A stretch of 64,000 bases of DNA from an uncultured Candidatus Saccharibacteria bacterium (GCA_964514595.1 CAZEQZ010000001.1:331847-395846); one strand, 5' to 3'; counted from the stretch's first letter, positions 1-9,804 are shown. Notes: generated from the sequence alone by a model not told the origin. Numbers and translations: made by a program.

Positions 1-231
1 CTTTGTTTTTGGAAAATCAGCTTGAGCAGTATATCCTGCTTCTTCTATTAAATTGTTAATCTCATTTATTAGTTTGTTTTCATCTTCAGATGTATCAAAA
101 GATATCGTTTGATCCTTGTAGTTAGCTTTTAAATTTGAAATACTCTTTAGATTTTTTAGTTTCTGCTCTATATAAATGTCACAAGATGGACAGTGCATAC
201 CTTTGACGTACAGTTTTATGTTTTTTTTCAT
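1..231 (-). CDS. Heavy-metal-associated (HMA) domain protein, 5' part only (runs off the window)
   Basis: Manual translation from ATG at 231: MKKNIKLYVKGMHCPSCDIYIEQKL... with a GMHCxxC metal-binding motif; directly downstream of copA. Not in the ORF track. Confidence 0.85.
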   Translation of the reverse strand, partial: MKKNIKLYVKGMHCPSCDIYIEQKLKNLKSISNLKANYKDQTISFDTSEDENKLINEINNLIEEAGYTAQADFPKTK

Positions 232-235
232 AAAA

Positions 236-2416
236 TTATAGTTTCAAAATTTTAAGCCTTAATGAGTTCAATACAACTGATATACTACTAAGGGACATGG
301 CTATACCTGCAAAGGCAGGATTAAGAAGTATCCCCCAAAGGGGATAGAATACTCCCATAGCAAGTGGAATACTTAAGACATTATATATGAATGCCCAAAA
401 GAGATTCTGTTTTATAGTGCTCATAACCTGTTTTGCTAGTTTTATGCTTGTGGGTACTCTGTCTAGGTTTCCTCCCAGAATTGTCACATCCGAAGATTCA
501 ATTGCAATATCTGTCCCTGTGGCCATGGAAATCCCCACATCAGCCAGAGCTAGAGCTGGAGCATCATTTATTCCATCCCCAACCATAGCTACAGTAGTTT
601 CTTTCTTTAAATTATTTATGACGGAAGCTTTCTCATTGGGTAAAACATTGGAGTAGTACTCTTTTATCTCTAATTTTTCTGCGATATCTTTAACAATAAT
701 ATCTGCATCTCCACTCAATAATACGGTCTGTACGCCAAGCTCATGTATTTTCTGTATGACTTGTTTAGCCTCTTCTCTTAATTCATCCTCTATCTCAATT
801 TTTGCAAGAATATTTTTTGAATCAGCTAAAATAATTACAGAGGATTTTGAATCTAATTGTTCTTTTAGATGGAGTTTGTCTTTAATAAATTGTATGCTTC
901 CAATATAGTATGTTTTATTATCAATCTCTCCCATAACTCCTTTCCCATCTATATTTTTAAAGTCTGATACGGCTTTACTCTTGATATTTAATTCCTTTGC
1001 ACGCTCATTAATGGCAAAGGCTAAAGGATGTTGAGATTTAGATTCCAAAGAGTATGCTATTTGGATCACTTCGTTCTCAGCAAGTTTGGAGTCGATGTTA
1101 GTTACTCTCGGTTTCCCATATGTTAGAGTTCCTGTTTTATCAAATACTATGGTTTCTACCGTACTGAGCTTTTGTAATTTCTCCACATCTTTTATTAAAA
1201 TACCATTCCTAGCACCCTTGCCAACACCAACTATTACAGCCGTTGGAGTAGCTAATCCTAGAGCACAGGGACATGCAATAACTAATGTTGCAACAAAAGA
1301 TGATATGCCATTACCGATATTGCCACTTAAGATCCAAACAAGTAAAGAAAGAGATGCTAATACTAGTACAATTGGAACAAACACTCTTGAAATTTTATCT
1401 ACCAACTTCTCTATGGGTGCCCTACTGTTTTGTGCCTGTTCCACTAGCTTGATGATGTTAGCTAACATAGTATCTTTTCCTATTTTTGTAGCCTTTATTT
1501 TTATATATCCTTGCTTATTTAGTGTACCAGCGAAGACAGAATCTCCTAATTTCTTTAAAACAGGAATGGATTCCCCTGTAAGCATAGATTGATCTATTAG
1601 GGCTTTCCCTTCTACTATCTCTCCATCAATAGGTATTTTAGCTCCTGGTTTGACTACTAAGATATCGGATTTTTGAATCTTATCTATCTCTATCTCTATT
1701 TCTTTTTGATCTTTGTATAAAATAGCTGTTTTAGATTGTAATTCAAAAAGCTCTTTTATTGCACTTCCAGTAGATACTCTGGATTTCTCTTCTAAATACT
1801 TCCCCCATATAACAAATCCTTTTATGATGATAATTGCCTCGAAATATGTCGTATTATCAAGGATATTATCCATACCCAGATATCTAAGAAGCAAGATAAT
1901 GATGCTGTATATATATGCAGCAACGGTACCTAAACCTATTAAAGTATTCATATCGGCACCTTTGCCTGTTATGAAGTTGTGTAGCCCTTTAAAGAATGGT
2001 TTCCCTGCTATTATTAATATAATCGTGGTGACAAAGAAAAGTATCTCGTCTAAATAAGGGAGATGTAGTTCATATTGATCTCCTATTATTTTGACTACGA
2101 ATATATCCCATACCATCATTAAGAAAAGAAAAAATGCGAATGGAAGAATAAAGGTTAGCTTTCGTCTTTCTCCTTTTAAATATTTACTATCATCCTCCTT
2201 ATTCTTAGTGATAATTAGATAACCTAAATCTTTTATTTCCCTTTTGAAATCATCGATGTTTACCTTGTTCTCATCGTATTCCAGTTCGATGGTTTTTGTA
2301 GAGTAGTTCACCTCTACATTTTTTACTCCTTCAAGTGAGGCTATTCTGTCCTTTATGTTTATTGCACAGGTTGTACAGTGCATACCCTCTATTTTTTCTG
2401 TCAATTTTTTCATCAA
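236..2416 (-). CDS. copA: Cu(I)-translocating P1B-type ATPase
   Basis: N-terminal GMHCTTC; TGES, CPCALGLATP, DKTGTLT, HP, GDGINDAP and YN..MxxSS motifs. Confidence 0.95.
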   Translation of the reverse strand: MMKKLTEKIEGMHCTTCAINIKDRIASLEGVKNVEVNYSTKTIELEYDENKVNIDDFKREIKDLGYLIITKNKEDDSKYLKGERRKLTFILPFAFFLFLMMVWDIFVVKIIGDQYELHLPYLDEILFFVTTIILIIAGKPFFKGLHNFITGKGADMNTLIGLGTVAAYIYSIIILLLRYLGMDNILDNTTYFEAIIIIKGFVIWGKYLEEKSRVSTGSAIKELFELQSKTAILYKDQKEIEIEIDKIQKSDILVVKPGAKIPIDGEIVEGKALIDQSMLTGESIPVLKKLGDSVFAGTLNKQGYIKIKATKIGKDTMLANIIKLVEQAQNSRAPIEKLVDKISRVFVPIVLVLASLSLLVWILSGNIGNGISSFVATLVIACPCALGLATPTAVIVGVGKGARNGILIKDVEKLQKLSTVETIVFDKTGTLTYGKPRVTNIDSKLAENEVIQIAYSLESKSQHPLAFAINERAKELNIKSKAVSDFKNIDGKGVMGEIDNKTYYIGSIQFIKDKLHLKEQLDSKSSVIILADSKNILAKIEIEDELREEAKQVIQKIHELGVQTVLLSGDADIIVKDIAEKLEIKEYYSNVLPNEKASVINNLKKETTVAMVGDGINDAPALALADVGISMATGTDIAIESSDVTILGGNLDRVPTSIKLAKQVMSTIKQNLFWAFIYNVLSIPLAMGVFYPLWGILLNPAFAGIAMSLSSISVVLNSLRLKILKL

Positions 2417-2420
2417 GGTA

Positions 2421-2828
2421 TTAAATAAATTTAATAATGAAGGTATACATACCCATACTACATGTCCCTAACATATCTTTATTTGGTGATCCCAACTCAA
2501 AAAGAGTTTTTCCATTATTAGGAAGTTCTTCGTATATATTTAAAGAAGGAATTTGAAATGCTCTTTCACAGCCGTATGAATTAATAGATTCAATTTCTAG
2601 GACAGAAGGAGTGTTAGATTTTGCATATATAATTTTTGGAGAATATCCTCCCATCTTTGATATTACCTTTATTTTTTGAATACCACCTTCCATAACCACA
2701 TTCTCAGAAATTCCAAAAGTCTCTGTTTTAGAATTAGATTTTCTTTTCGCATAAGAGAAAGCAAAAATTACAATAAAAATTGCAAAGAGAATGGATAGGG
2801 TTGTAAATAAAGTTTTTGTATTGCTCAT
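2421..2828 (-). CDS. Membrane-anchored cupredoxin-like domain protein
   Basis: N-terminal TM segment; GGYSP, GC and CSMGMY motifs; cotranscribed with copA. Confidence 0.75.
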   Translation of the reverse strand: MSNTKTLFTTLSILFAIFIVIFAFSYAKRKSNSKTETFGISENVVMEGGIQKIKVISKMGGYSPKIIYAKSNTPSVLEIESINSYGCERAFQIPSLNIYEELPNNGKTLFELGSPNKDMLGTCSMGMYTFIIKFI

Positions 2829-2888
2829 ATACCTAAATATAGGTATATATTACTACTTTAAAACGAAATGTCAATATAGATTGACGAA

Positions 2889-3299
2889 CTATTTGGTCTC
2901 GAATCTAACGATCGCTTCTTCGCTAGCTAAGAATTCTCCCTCTTCATATACCTCCTGTATCACTTGGATGCAGACCATATCTTCAGATGGAAGTGTAATG
3001 GTTGATCTAACAATAACTTGCTCAGGGAAGCTCTCCATAACTATAGCTTCAGTCTTAATCTCATAGCATGGATTAGGAAGTGTACCAGTTATGATATATT
3101 CCCATCTGTTATCTCCCACATATTCATATTCGAAATTAAGATTCTCCCCTATACTGTCATCCAAAATTATTGTGTCTCCAATATCTATCGTATTGTCTTG
3201 CTCATGATTAGTATATAAGTAGTATAATAAACCTCCTGCTAGTATCAATACGACTAAAAGAATTCCTATTCCTAATATATTTTTTCGTCCCATGATCAT
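2889..3299 (-). CDS. Hypothetical membrane-anchored acidic protein (LPNPCY...CIQVI)
   Basis: N-terminal TM segment and paired Cys; same strand as neighbours. Confidence 0.65.
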   Translation of the reverse strand: MIMGRKNILGIGILLVVLILAGGLLYYLYTNHEQDNTIDIGDTIILDDSIGENLNFEYEYVGDNRWEYIITGTLPNPCYEIKTEAIVMESFPEQVIVRSTITLPSEDMVCIQVIQEVYEEGEFLASEEAIVRFETK

Positions 3300-3311
3300 C
3301 GGGTATTTAAA

Positions 3312-3947
3312 TTATTTAGCTACTTTATCTACAGGGACTACAACTATTTCCCCATTGCTTTTTCTATTCTTCACTTTTAGTAGTAGTACAACCCAAACAC
3401 TTGCTAATATCATGACTACCCCTACCCCTCTCATGGCCCAGTCAAAATAGATATCCCCTAGATTAGCTACAAACCCAATTAATGCACTAAACAGCGCTGT
3501 TGAAATACTAATAACGGTTTCATAGAAACCGTATTGAAATCCCTCTTGCCCCTTATCTAAATTTAGTGCAAATAGTTTCCTCCAATTAGGGAGATTAAAT
3601 GATACTCCTAAACCGAAAATAAATTGCAAAACATAGTATTGAAATGCTTGAGAAATTAATGGATAGAAAAGAAACGGTATACCCATTAATACAATTCCAA
3701 GTACAAGAAGTATTATTTCATCTTTGTCGTTTTCTAACTTATCTGTTAAATGTCCTATTGGCATTTGAAATAGTGCTCTTGTTAGAAAGTATATGCCTGT
3801 TCCAATACCTACAAAACTAACCGTATCCTGTCCAAGGCGTGTGGAGAGATATAATCCAGAAAGATTAGCAATTATTATAAAAGGACCCCATACAAATGTG
3901 TCAGAGAGGGTTAGGAGTAGAATAACTTTATTAAAATTCTTTAACAT
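3312..3947 (-). CDS. Half-size (about 6 TM) MFS-family transporter
   Basis: MFS motif-A-like PIGHLTDK and hydrophobic helices; start moved to ATG 3947 to avoid overlap with the divergent gene. Confidence 0.75.
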   Translation of the reverse strand: MLKNFNKVILLLTLSDTFVWGPFIIIANLSGLYLSTRLGQDTVSFVGIGTGIYFLTRALFQMPIGHLTDKLENDKDEIILLVLGIVLMGIPFLFYPLISQAFQYYVLQFIFGLGVSFNLPNWRKLFALNLDKGQEGFQYGFYETVISISTALFSALIGFVANLGDIYFDWAMRGVGVVMILASVWVVLLLKVKNRKSNGEIVVVPVDKVAK

Positions 3948-4002
3948 ATCTAAACGATACATTGTTGGAATATATATTTCAATATGGTAAATTAAATATA
4001 GT

Positions 4003-5625
4003 ATGAACATCTTTGACTCTAGTTATTTACAAATAGCACTTGGACTTATATCGGCCCTAGTACTATTTCTCTATGCTATTGATAACTTAAGTAAAGAGCT
4101 ACAACAGTTAGCATCTGAAGATTTTAGAAAAGTTATATCCAAAATAGTTAGAAACAAAGTAACAGGAACTGTGGTTGGAGCATTGGCTACTGGAGTTACT
4201 CAATCTAGCTCTGCAGTAACTGTTATAGCTGTGGTATTAGTAAATACCGGAATCATTTCTTTCAGAAATAGTTTAGGAATAATATTTGGTAGTAATATTG
4301 GTACCACTATTACAGCGCAATTAGCTCTTGTTAATTCGGCGGTTGTAGCTTCCATTCTAATAATCTTTGGTTTTGTATTAGGATTACTAGGAAAAAAGTT
4401 TAAGCTTGTAAGTAAGCCAGTATTTTTCTTAGGTTTAATACTTTTTACACTTAACCTACTCTCATCTAGTATAGAACCGTTAAAAAATAACCCAGCTGTA
4501 ATGAATCTGTTTACGCATATGTCTAATCCCTTACTAGCATATGTAGTAAGTGGACTATTTACAATGATAATACATTCTAGTTCTATCACATCGGGTATTG
4601 TAGTTATATTAGCACAGGGAGGAATAATTCCCATAGAAGTAGCCATCCCAATGATATTGGGAGCGAATATAGGATCAAGTATTACCGCATTAGTTGCATC
4701 CTCTAGGTTAAATCTATATGCAAAAAGGGCTGGTTTTGCTAATTTTCTTTTCAATTTACTGGGAACAATTGTAGCAATGATCCTTCTTACTCCATTTGTA
4801 TCTTTTATGCAATTGATATTTGACAATGTAGCTCAACAGGCAGCCTTTGCACATCTGTTTTTTAATCTTTTTAATACAATCCTATTCTTATTAATTCTCA
4901 AATCATTTGAGGAATTAGTTATCAAATTGATCAAGGGTGAGGAAGAGGAGATCCTTTTCAGGACCAAATATATCCAAAGAAATGGGAAGAGGAAACTGCA
5001 AGAGAGGATAGAGGATATTAAAAAGGAGTTAGCATACGCCATTGAGAATACTATTAGGATATATCAGAAGGGCATATCCATATTCTACAATCCAAGTGGT
5101 TTAACAGTAATGGATATTCAAAAATTAGAGACATTAAATGACTATCTAGATGACGAAATAACAGCAAGTATAGTTTCTTTATCTAAATACAAACTTACTG
5201 AAACAGATGCGCAGAAGACAGTTACATTAGTTAAGGTTTCCAATACTATTGAACAGCTAGGAGATTTAGGTACTGATTTTTCCGAGGTATTTTTGCGTAT
5301 GCATGATTTGGGTATACAGAAAAAAGATGTTGATATTGAGAGATTAACAGATATACATAATAGATTAATAGAATTGTTTAAGGATATTGAGGCGGTTATA
5401 CAGAATCCTGTGGAAAAGGAGCTGTTAGATATTAAGACAAAAGAAGAAGAGATATATGCATTGATTAGGAGTGAATTTGATATTCATGTCAATAGATTGC
5501 AGGAAGATGATAAATATAATGGGAATATATTTGTAGATGCAGTATCTATAATAGAGCTTAGTGTGTCTAAGGTAAGGGATATTAGGAAGGTGCTTCTGAA
5601 ATTTGTAAGGGATTTTCCTAACTAA
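4003..5625 (+). CDS. Na/Pi cotransporter family protein with PhoU-like C-terminus
   Basis: QSSS, GSNIGTT and GANIGSS repeats followed by a helical C-terminal domain. Confidence 0.9.
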   Translation: MNIFDSSYLQIALGLISALVLFLYAIDNLSKELQQLASEDFRKVISKIVRNKVTGTVVGALATGVTQSSSAVTVIAVVLVNTGIISFRNSLGIIFGSNIGTTITAQLALVNSAVVASILIIFGFVLGLLGKKFKLVSKPVFFLGLILFTLNLLSSSIEPLKNNPAVMNLFTHMSNPLLAYVVSGLFTMIIHSSSITSGIVVILAQGGIIPIEVAIPMILGANIGSSITALVASSRLNLYAKRAGFANFLFNLLGTIVAMILLTPFVSFMQLIFDNVAQQAAFAHLFFNLFNTILFLLILKSFEELVIKLIKGEEEEILFRTKYIQRNGKRKLQERIEDIKKELAYAIENTIRIYQKGISIFYNPSGLTVMDIQKLETLNDYLDDEITASIVSLSKYKLTETDAQKTVTLVKVSNTIEQLGDLGTDFSEVFLRMHDLGIQKKDVDIERLTDIHNRLIELFKDIEAVIQNPVEKELLDIKTKEEEIYALIRSEFDIHVNRLQEDDKYNGNIFVDAVSIIELSVSKVRDIRKVLLKFVRDFPN

Positions 5626-6326
5626 AATATATTTCTTAACTCTCTAATATCTGTTATCTCTTTATATTTGTTATTCAACGGATCTTGTTTAAATCTATGC
5701 CAGTTTCCTCTAGGTATATATATTGCATCAATATCTAAATTGAGAGCAGGATTAATATCTGTTCTCATTGAGTTTCCTATCATACATATATTTTCCGCAC
5801 CAAACTTATTCTTTAACTTAGTAAGTGGTTTACATTTATCATAGCTTTCGTAATGTACATAATCAAAATATTTTATTAATTTACTCACAGTTAATTTTCT
5901 TCTTTGAATCTGTTCAAGTCCAAGAGTAACAACATGCATCTCATATCCTTTCTCCTTCAAATCTGTTACAGTTTCTATAACTCCTGGGATTACGAAATAT
6001 GGAGGATCATAATTAGAAAGAATCAAAGATTCTATTAAACTTTTAGTATGCTCCCTAACAGGTAGTCCAATATCCCTTGCAAACCACTCATATGCCTTAA
6101 CCCAAGCGTTTGCTACTCTAAGTGGAGTGTACAGTTTATGTTTCGGCCATGTATCCCATGTACCATTTTCAATCTCTCTTGCTTTTTTAAGAATATCATC
6201 TATCTGTGGGCTTCTAGTTTCCAACGAATTAATAATTGCCTTAATACAATCACAGAAAGTTAATTCAAATTTATAGTTGTCATCTATCAATGTGTCATCT
6301 AGATCAAAACATAGTATTTTTTTCAT
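5622..6326 (-). CDS. HAD-family hydrolase
   Basis: FDLDDTL motif I; IGNSMRTDI motif IV. Confidence 0.85.
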   Translation of the reverse strand: MKKILCFDLDDTLIDDNYKFELTFCDCIKAIINSLETRSPQIDDILKKAREIENGTWDTWPKHKLYTPLRVANAWVKAYEWFARDIGLPVREHTKSLIESLILSNYDPPYFVIPGVIETVTDLKEKGYEMHVVTLGLEQIQRRKLTVSKLIKYFDYVHYESYDKCKPLTKLKNKFGAENICMIGNSMRTDINPALNLDIDAIYIPRGNWHRFKQDPLNNKYKEITDIRELRNIF

Positions 6327-6327
6327 A

Positions 6328-7410
6328 TTAGTTTGAAATAATATTAACTTCAGGTTCCAATTCTATATCGTATTTATCCTTAACATCTTTTTGCATTGAA
6401 TTAATAAATTCTATAACTTCTTCTCCAACTGCTTTTTTGTTTGTAACTACACAAAGTGCATGTTTCTCAGATACTCCAACATTTCCACACCACTTCCCCT
6501 TCCAACCTAATTCATCCAATAATCTTCCTGCCGGTATTTTAACTAAATCATCATCTTTGAACTGACTTGCATCGCTTAGATCATATCTTAAATCTTCAGA
6601 TGGATAGCATTGAAGGTCAGGGATTTTTTTAAGGAGTTCCTTGTATTTACTATACGTAACTAATGGATTTGTGAAAAAGCTTCCACAAGTACCATACTCA
6701 TCTACGCTAGGAAGTCTCTTTGTCCTTTGTCTAAAAACTGCTTTCATGACATCTTGTATGCTGTATGGCTCTTTTGCAAAGGATTCTAATTCCTCTTTTA
6801 AAGATCCATATCGTCCAGATCTTTCATGATAGCTAAGCTCAAACTCCTTTGTATTCTTTCTAAGTTTAAATGTAGCTGATGTGATTATATATTTATTCCT
6901 CCATTCTTTTTTAAAGATACTACTTCGGTATTTGTAATCACAATCCTTTGGATCGTATTTTTGTAGTTTAAGTGTATCTATCTCTAATGCTTCTATTTCT
7001 TCAAGAGTATCCGTAATGCTTTGTCCATATGCTCCTATATTTTGTGCAACTGCTCCCCCTACTGTTCCAGGTATAAAGACTAAATTTTCAATTCCAGCCC
7101 AATCCTTTTTAACAGCATATCTGACAAGTTTGTCCCAATCTTCTCCTGCAGATACCTTTATGTATATATTTTGATCATCTTCTTTTATTATCTTCTTTCC
7201 TTTAAAATCTATTTTAAGTACTAATCCCTCCCAATCTGTTAACAGAAGTGTATTGCTTCCTCCTCCTAGTATTAATATTTTTTCGTCTTTATATTTCTGT
7301 AATATGGATATACACTGTTTAACACTTTTCACATTAGCAAAGTATTTTGCTTTCACATCAATACAAAAGGTGTTGTATTTTTTAAGAGAGTAGTCCTTCT
7401 TTACATTCAT
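6328..7410 (-). CDS. murB: UDP-N-acetylmuramate dehydrogenase
   Basis: LGGGSN, IPGTVGGA..QNIGAYG, GSFFTNP, LEPEV. Confidence 0.95.
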   Translation of the reverse strand: MNVKKDYSLKKYNTFCIDVKAKYFANVKSVKQCISILQKYKDEKILILGGGSNTLLLTDWEGLVLKIDFKGKKIIKEDDQNIYIKVSAGEDWDKLVRYAVKKDWAGIENLVFIPGTVGGAVAQNIGAYGQSITDTLEEIEALEIDTLKLQKYDPKDCDYKYRSSIFKKEWRNKYIITSATFKLRKNTKEFELSYHERSGRYGSLKEELESFAKEPYSIQDVMKAVFRQRTKRLPSVDEYGTCGSFFTNPLVTYSKYKELLKKIPDLQCYPSEDLRYDLSDASQFKDDDLVKIPAGRLLDELGWKGKWCGNVGVSEKHALCVVTNKKAVGEEVIEFINSMQKDVKDKYDIELEPEVNIISN

Positions 7411-7452
7411 TTATATATGTTAACAAATTTAGTTAAGTATTACAGCCTATTT

Positions 7453-7479
7453 ACTATGGGGCTGTCGGGGTAGTATAAT
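7453..7479 (+). promoter_or_regulatory. ACTATGGGG motif (7453-7461) followed by GGGGT and a TATAAT box (7474-7479)
   Basis: TACTATGGGGCTGTCGGGGTAGTATAAT in the divergent murB/orphan intergenic region; the same motif recurs in other intergenic regions. Confidence 0.55.
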
Positions 7480-7517
7480 TTGTTGTTCTATTAAAACTAA
7501 AAAAAGGAGAAGGAAAA

Positions 7518-7760
7518 GTGGATATAATGGTTATGATTTTAGCTATAGTAGCAGGAGTGTTTCTGGCCGGAGGGTTTCTGAAGATAAATTCTTTGGAAAG
7601 AAGATTGCTAGGATGCTTCCACATGTATCTGGGTGGAGCTTTTCTTGCTATGATGGTTCTTCTGGGGCTAAAGGTGTCTATAAAGACAGGATTTTTAATT
7701 CTGTTTATATATCTGATAGTCTTGTCGGTACCATTCTCAAGGATGCTCTCAAAAAAATAA
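7518..7760 (+). CDS. Small orphan membrane protein (about 3 TM)
   Basis: Strong SD (AAGGAGAAGG) before GTG; hydrophobic; followed by a hairpin. Confidence 0.7.
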   Translation: MDIMVMILAIVAGVFLAGGFLKINSLERRLLGCFHMYLGGAFLAMMVLLGLKVSIKTGFLILFIYLIVLSVPFSRMLSKK

Positions 7761-7815
7761 TAGAACATGGGCGATTTGATCGTTTCAATACACATATCAC
7801 TTCGCCCAAGTTCTA
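7761..7815. terminator. Imperfect long hairpin between the orphan gene and convergent prs
   Basis: TAGAAC-A-TGGGCGA...TCGCCCA-A-GTTCTA inverted repeat. Confidence 0.55.
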
Positions 7816-8823
7816 CCTTAGTAGATCTCCAATAGATTTTCTTCTATTTATCCTATATATTGTCTCTGCAAAATATTTAGCAATAGATACCTCCTTAAAC
7901 CATTTATTCTCCCTTAAAAATTCTTTTGTATGATATGTGGCATTTGTACCTATAACCATATCTAAAATTCCTTGCTTATGAAGATTAGTAAAGCTCTCTA
8001 CCGCATTTCCATTTAGCAATGCTAAGGTACATACAGCTACGATTTTCTTAGCTTCCAACTTATGTGCCTTCTCTATGGTATTAATTAATGTCCCTCCTGT
8101 ATCTATCATGTCATCTATAACGTATATATCTTTTCCTTTAATATCGCCCAATATTTCAATATTTTCGATACAATTTGGTTTACTATAATTTCTCTTTTTG
8201 TATGAGAAAGCTATATCAGTATGAAGATTTTGTGCGTAGTAGTTTGCTCTTTTAGCTCCACCTAAATCAGTTGGCATAATAACTGTTCTTTTAGGATTTT
8301 TGATTAATTTGTTTAAATACGGTTTTAATACATACCCACCTCTTAAATTATCTATCTTAGCTTTTCTAAAGAATCCTTGTATAGCGGTATTATGTAGATC
8401 TATTGTGATTAGATGATCAACTCCCATCTCTCCTTCTAATTCCCATGCTACTCTTGCCGCAGTTATACCATCTCTTCCATCCTGTTTATCTTGCCTAGCA
8501 TATGGGTATGAAGGTATTACAGCTGTAATTCTTTCAGCATCACATCTTCTACATGCATCTATGGTTGTGTATAGGGCTCTTAGATTTTGATCAACTGTCA
8601 TACCCTCTGTATGGTTCTCAACATCCTGTATTATATATACCTCTCTTCCTCTTATACTTTCATCAATAACGGTTTTAATTTCAGTATTAGCAAAGTGTAC
8701 TTGTGATGATTTTATAAGGTGTATGTCTTTTGTAGTTTTTTTGCACAACTCTTTTACTATTTTCTTAGCTAATGGTATTCCTGATTCACAGGTGAGTATG
8801 GATAGTGGTGCTCTGGGTATCAT
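7813..8823 (-). CDS. prs: Ribose-phosphate pyrophosphokinase
   Basis: PYARQDK, IDLH and VIDDMIDTGGTL PRPP-binding loop. Confidence 0.95.
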   Translation of the reverse strand: MIPRAPLSILTCESGIPLAKKIVKELCKKTTKDIHLIKSSQVHFANTEIKTVIDESIRGREVYIIQDVENHTEGMTVDQNLRALYTTIDACRRCDAERITAVIPSYPYARQDKQDGRDGITAARVAWELEGEMGVDHLITIDLHNTAIQGFFRKAKIDNLRGGYVLKPYLNKLIKNPKRTVIMPTDLGGAKRANYYAQNLHTDIAFSYKKRNYSKPNCIENIEILGDIKGKDIYVIDDMIDTGGTLINTIEKAHKLEAKKIVAVCTLALLNGNAVESFTNLHKQGILDMVIGTNATYHTKEFLRENKWFKEVSIAKYFAETIYRINRRKSIGDLLR

Positions 8824-8899
8824 GTTCTTGATAATTGAAAAATAATACCTTTCATATTACCTTATAGTTTTAATTTTGTAAAAAGAATGTCAATGTGAA

Positions 8900-8928
8900 T
8901 TGACCAGGTGTTTTTAAAAAGGTATAAT
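8900..8928 (+). promoter_or_regulatory. sigma70-type promoter
   Basis: TTGACC (8900-8905), 17 bp spacer, TATAAT (8923-8928). Confidence 0.75.
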
Positions 8929-8935
8929 TAAATAG

Positions 8936-9013
8936 GTTATCAAGGACTATGATCTTTCTTGTAGTAGTGGTTGCCGGAAAGAAAGGGAGTCAATGGCAAA
9001 ACCGATTGATAAT
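8936..9013 (+). ncRNA. c-di-GMP-II-like riboswitch aptamer
   Basis: P1 TTATCAA/TTGATAA; GACT/AGTC with ATGA..GGAG kink-turn-like element; stem CTTTCTT/AAGAAAG; loop TGG-TTGCC pairing with GGCAA (pseudoknot); AACCGA before the 3' strand of P1. Same element order as clostridial class II c-di-GMP aptamers. Confidence 0.75.
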
Positions 9014-9042
9014 AATAATTAAATTATTATTATTTAATCGAT

Positions 9043-9615
9043 ATGAAAGAAAAATATTTATTTTTTCTCACTGTTTCATTACTGTTCTTGGGGCTATCCC
9101 TTTTTTCACCTTTAAGGGTGAATGCGCAACCTGCTGACAAGATTAATATTTGTCATGCAACAGCAGCGCATAATAATCCATATATAACAAATAATGTTGA
9201 TAAAAATGCTACTGCAGGCGGACATGATGGTCATACGGGACCTATCTGGTTTGAGGGGATACAGGAAACTTGGGGAGATATTATACCTCCATATGAATTT
9301 GATGGAGGATCATTTTCAGGTTTAAACTGGACTGCTATGGGGGAAGCAATATGGGAGAATGGTTGTAATATTCCAGACCCTGTAGATGAAGAACCGGAGG
9401 AACCGGAAGAGGAGCCAGAAGAACCAATTGAAGAAGAGGAAGATGAAGAAGAGGTAGCGGGAGTAACAGATGATGACGAAGAGGTGCTTGGTACAACCGT
9501 TGTATTAGCAGAAACAGGGGCTTCAGGTAGTATATTAGTATATATTGTACAAACTATATTGATGTTAAGTACATTAGTAAGTGGTACATTGTTTGTAAAG
9601 GAATATACAATCTAG
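9043..9615 (+). CDS. Secreted surface protein with LAETG (LPxTG-like) C-terminal sorting signal
   Basis: Signal peptide (VNA-Q); ICHAT..GH.GH..DIIP..NW..G..NGC domain; Glu/Pro linker; EVLG...LAETG followed by a hydrophobic segment. Confidence 0.85.
   Translation: MKEKYLFFLTVSLLFLGLSLFSPLRVNAQPADKINICHATAAHNNPYITNNVDKNATAGGHDGHTGPIWFEGIQETWGDIIPPYEFDGGSFSGLNWTAMGEAIWENGCNIPDPVDEEPEEPEEEPEEPIEEEEDEEEVAGVTDDDEEVLGTTVVLAETGASGSILVYIVQTILMLSTLVSGTLFVKEYTI
9502..9615 (+). repeat. Copy 1 of a 114-bp repeat encoding the LAETG sorting signal
   Basis: 99/114 nt identical to 10666-10779 by manual alignment. Confidence 0.9.
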
Positions 9616-9647
9616 TAGTAACGGGACTGCTGGATATAGTAACAATT

Positions 9648-9676
9648 GCAGTACTCTTTGGAGTACTGCTTTGTTT
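9648..9676 (+). terminator. Intrinsic terminator
   Basis: GCAGTACTC-TTTG-GAGTACTGC followed by TTTGTTT. Confidence 0.8.
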
Positions 9677-9698
9677 ATACAGTAGTATCTGATAGTAA

Positions 9699-9728
9699 TT
9701 GACTATATTTCCAAAGCAGGAGTATAAT
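9699..9728 (+). promoter_or_regulatory. sigma70-type promoter for the second LAETG gene
   Basis: TTGACT, 18 bp spacer, TATAAT. Confidence 0.6.
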
Positions 9729-9804
9729 TGGTAAGTAATCATTAACTAATACTTTAATTTTTAAGTTTGTTAATGAATATATTAAATTTTTACTATTTAA
9801 TAAC

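Noticed and set aside
7761-7815. Hairpins after orphan genes as integron attC sites (AAC...GTT ends here and at 43069-43111)
   Set aside because: No consistent RYYYAAC/GTTRRRY boxes across the hairpins and no intI; G-U pairs and U-tracts fit RNA terminators better.
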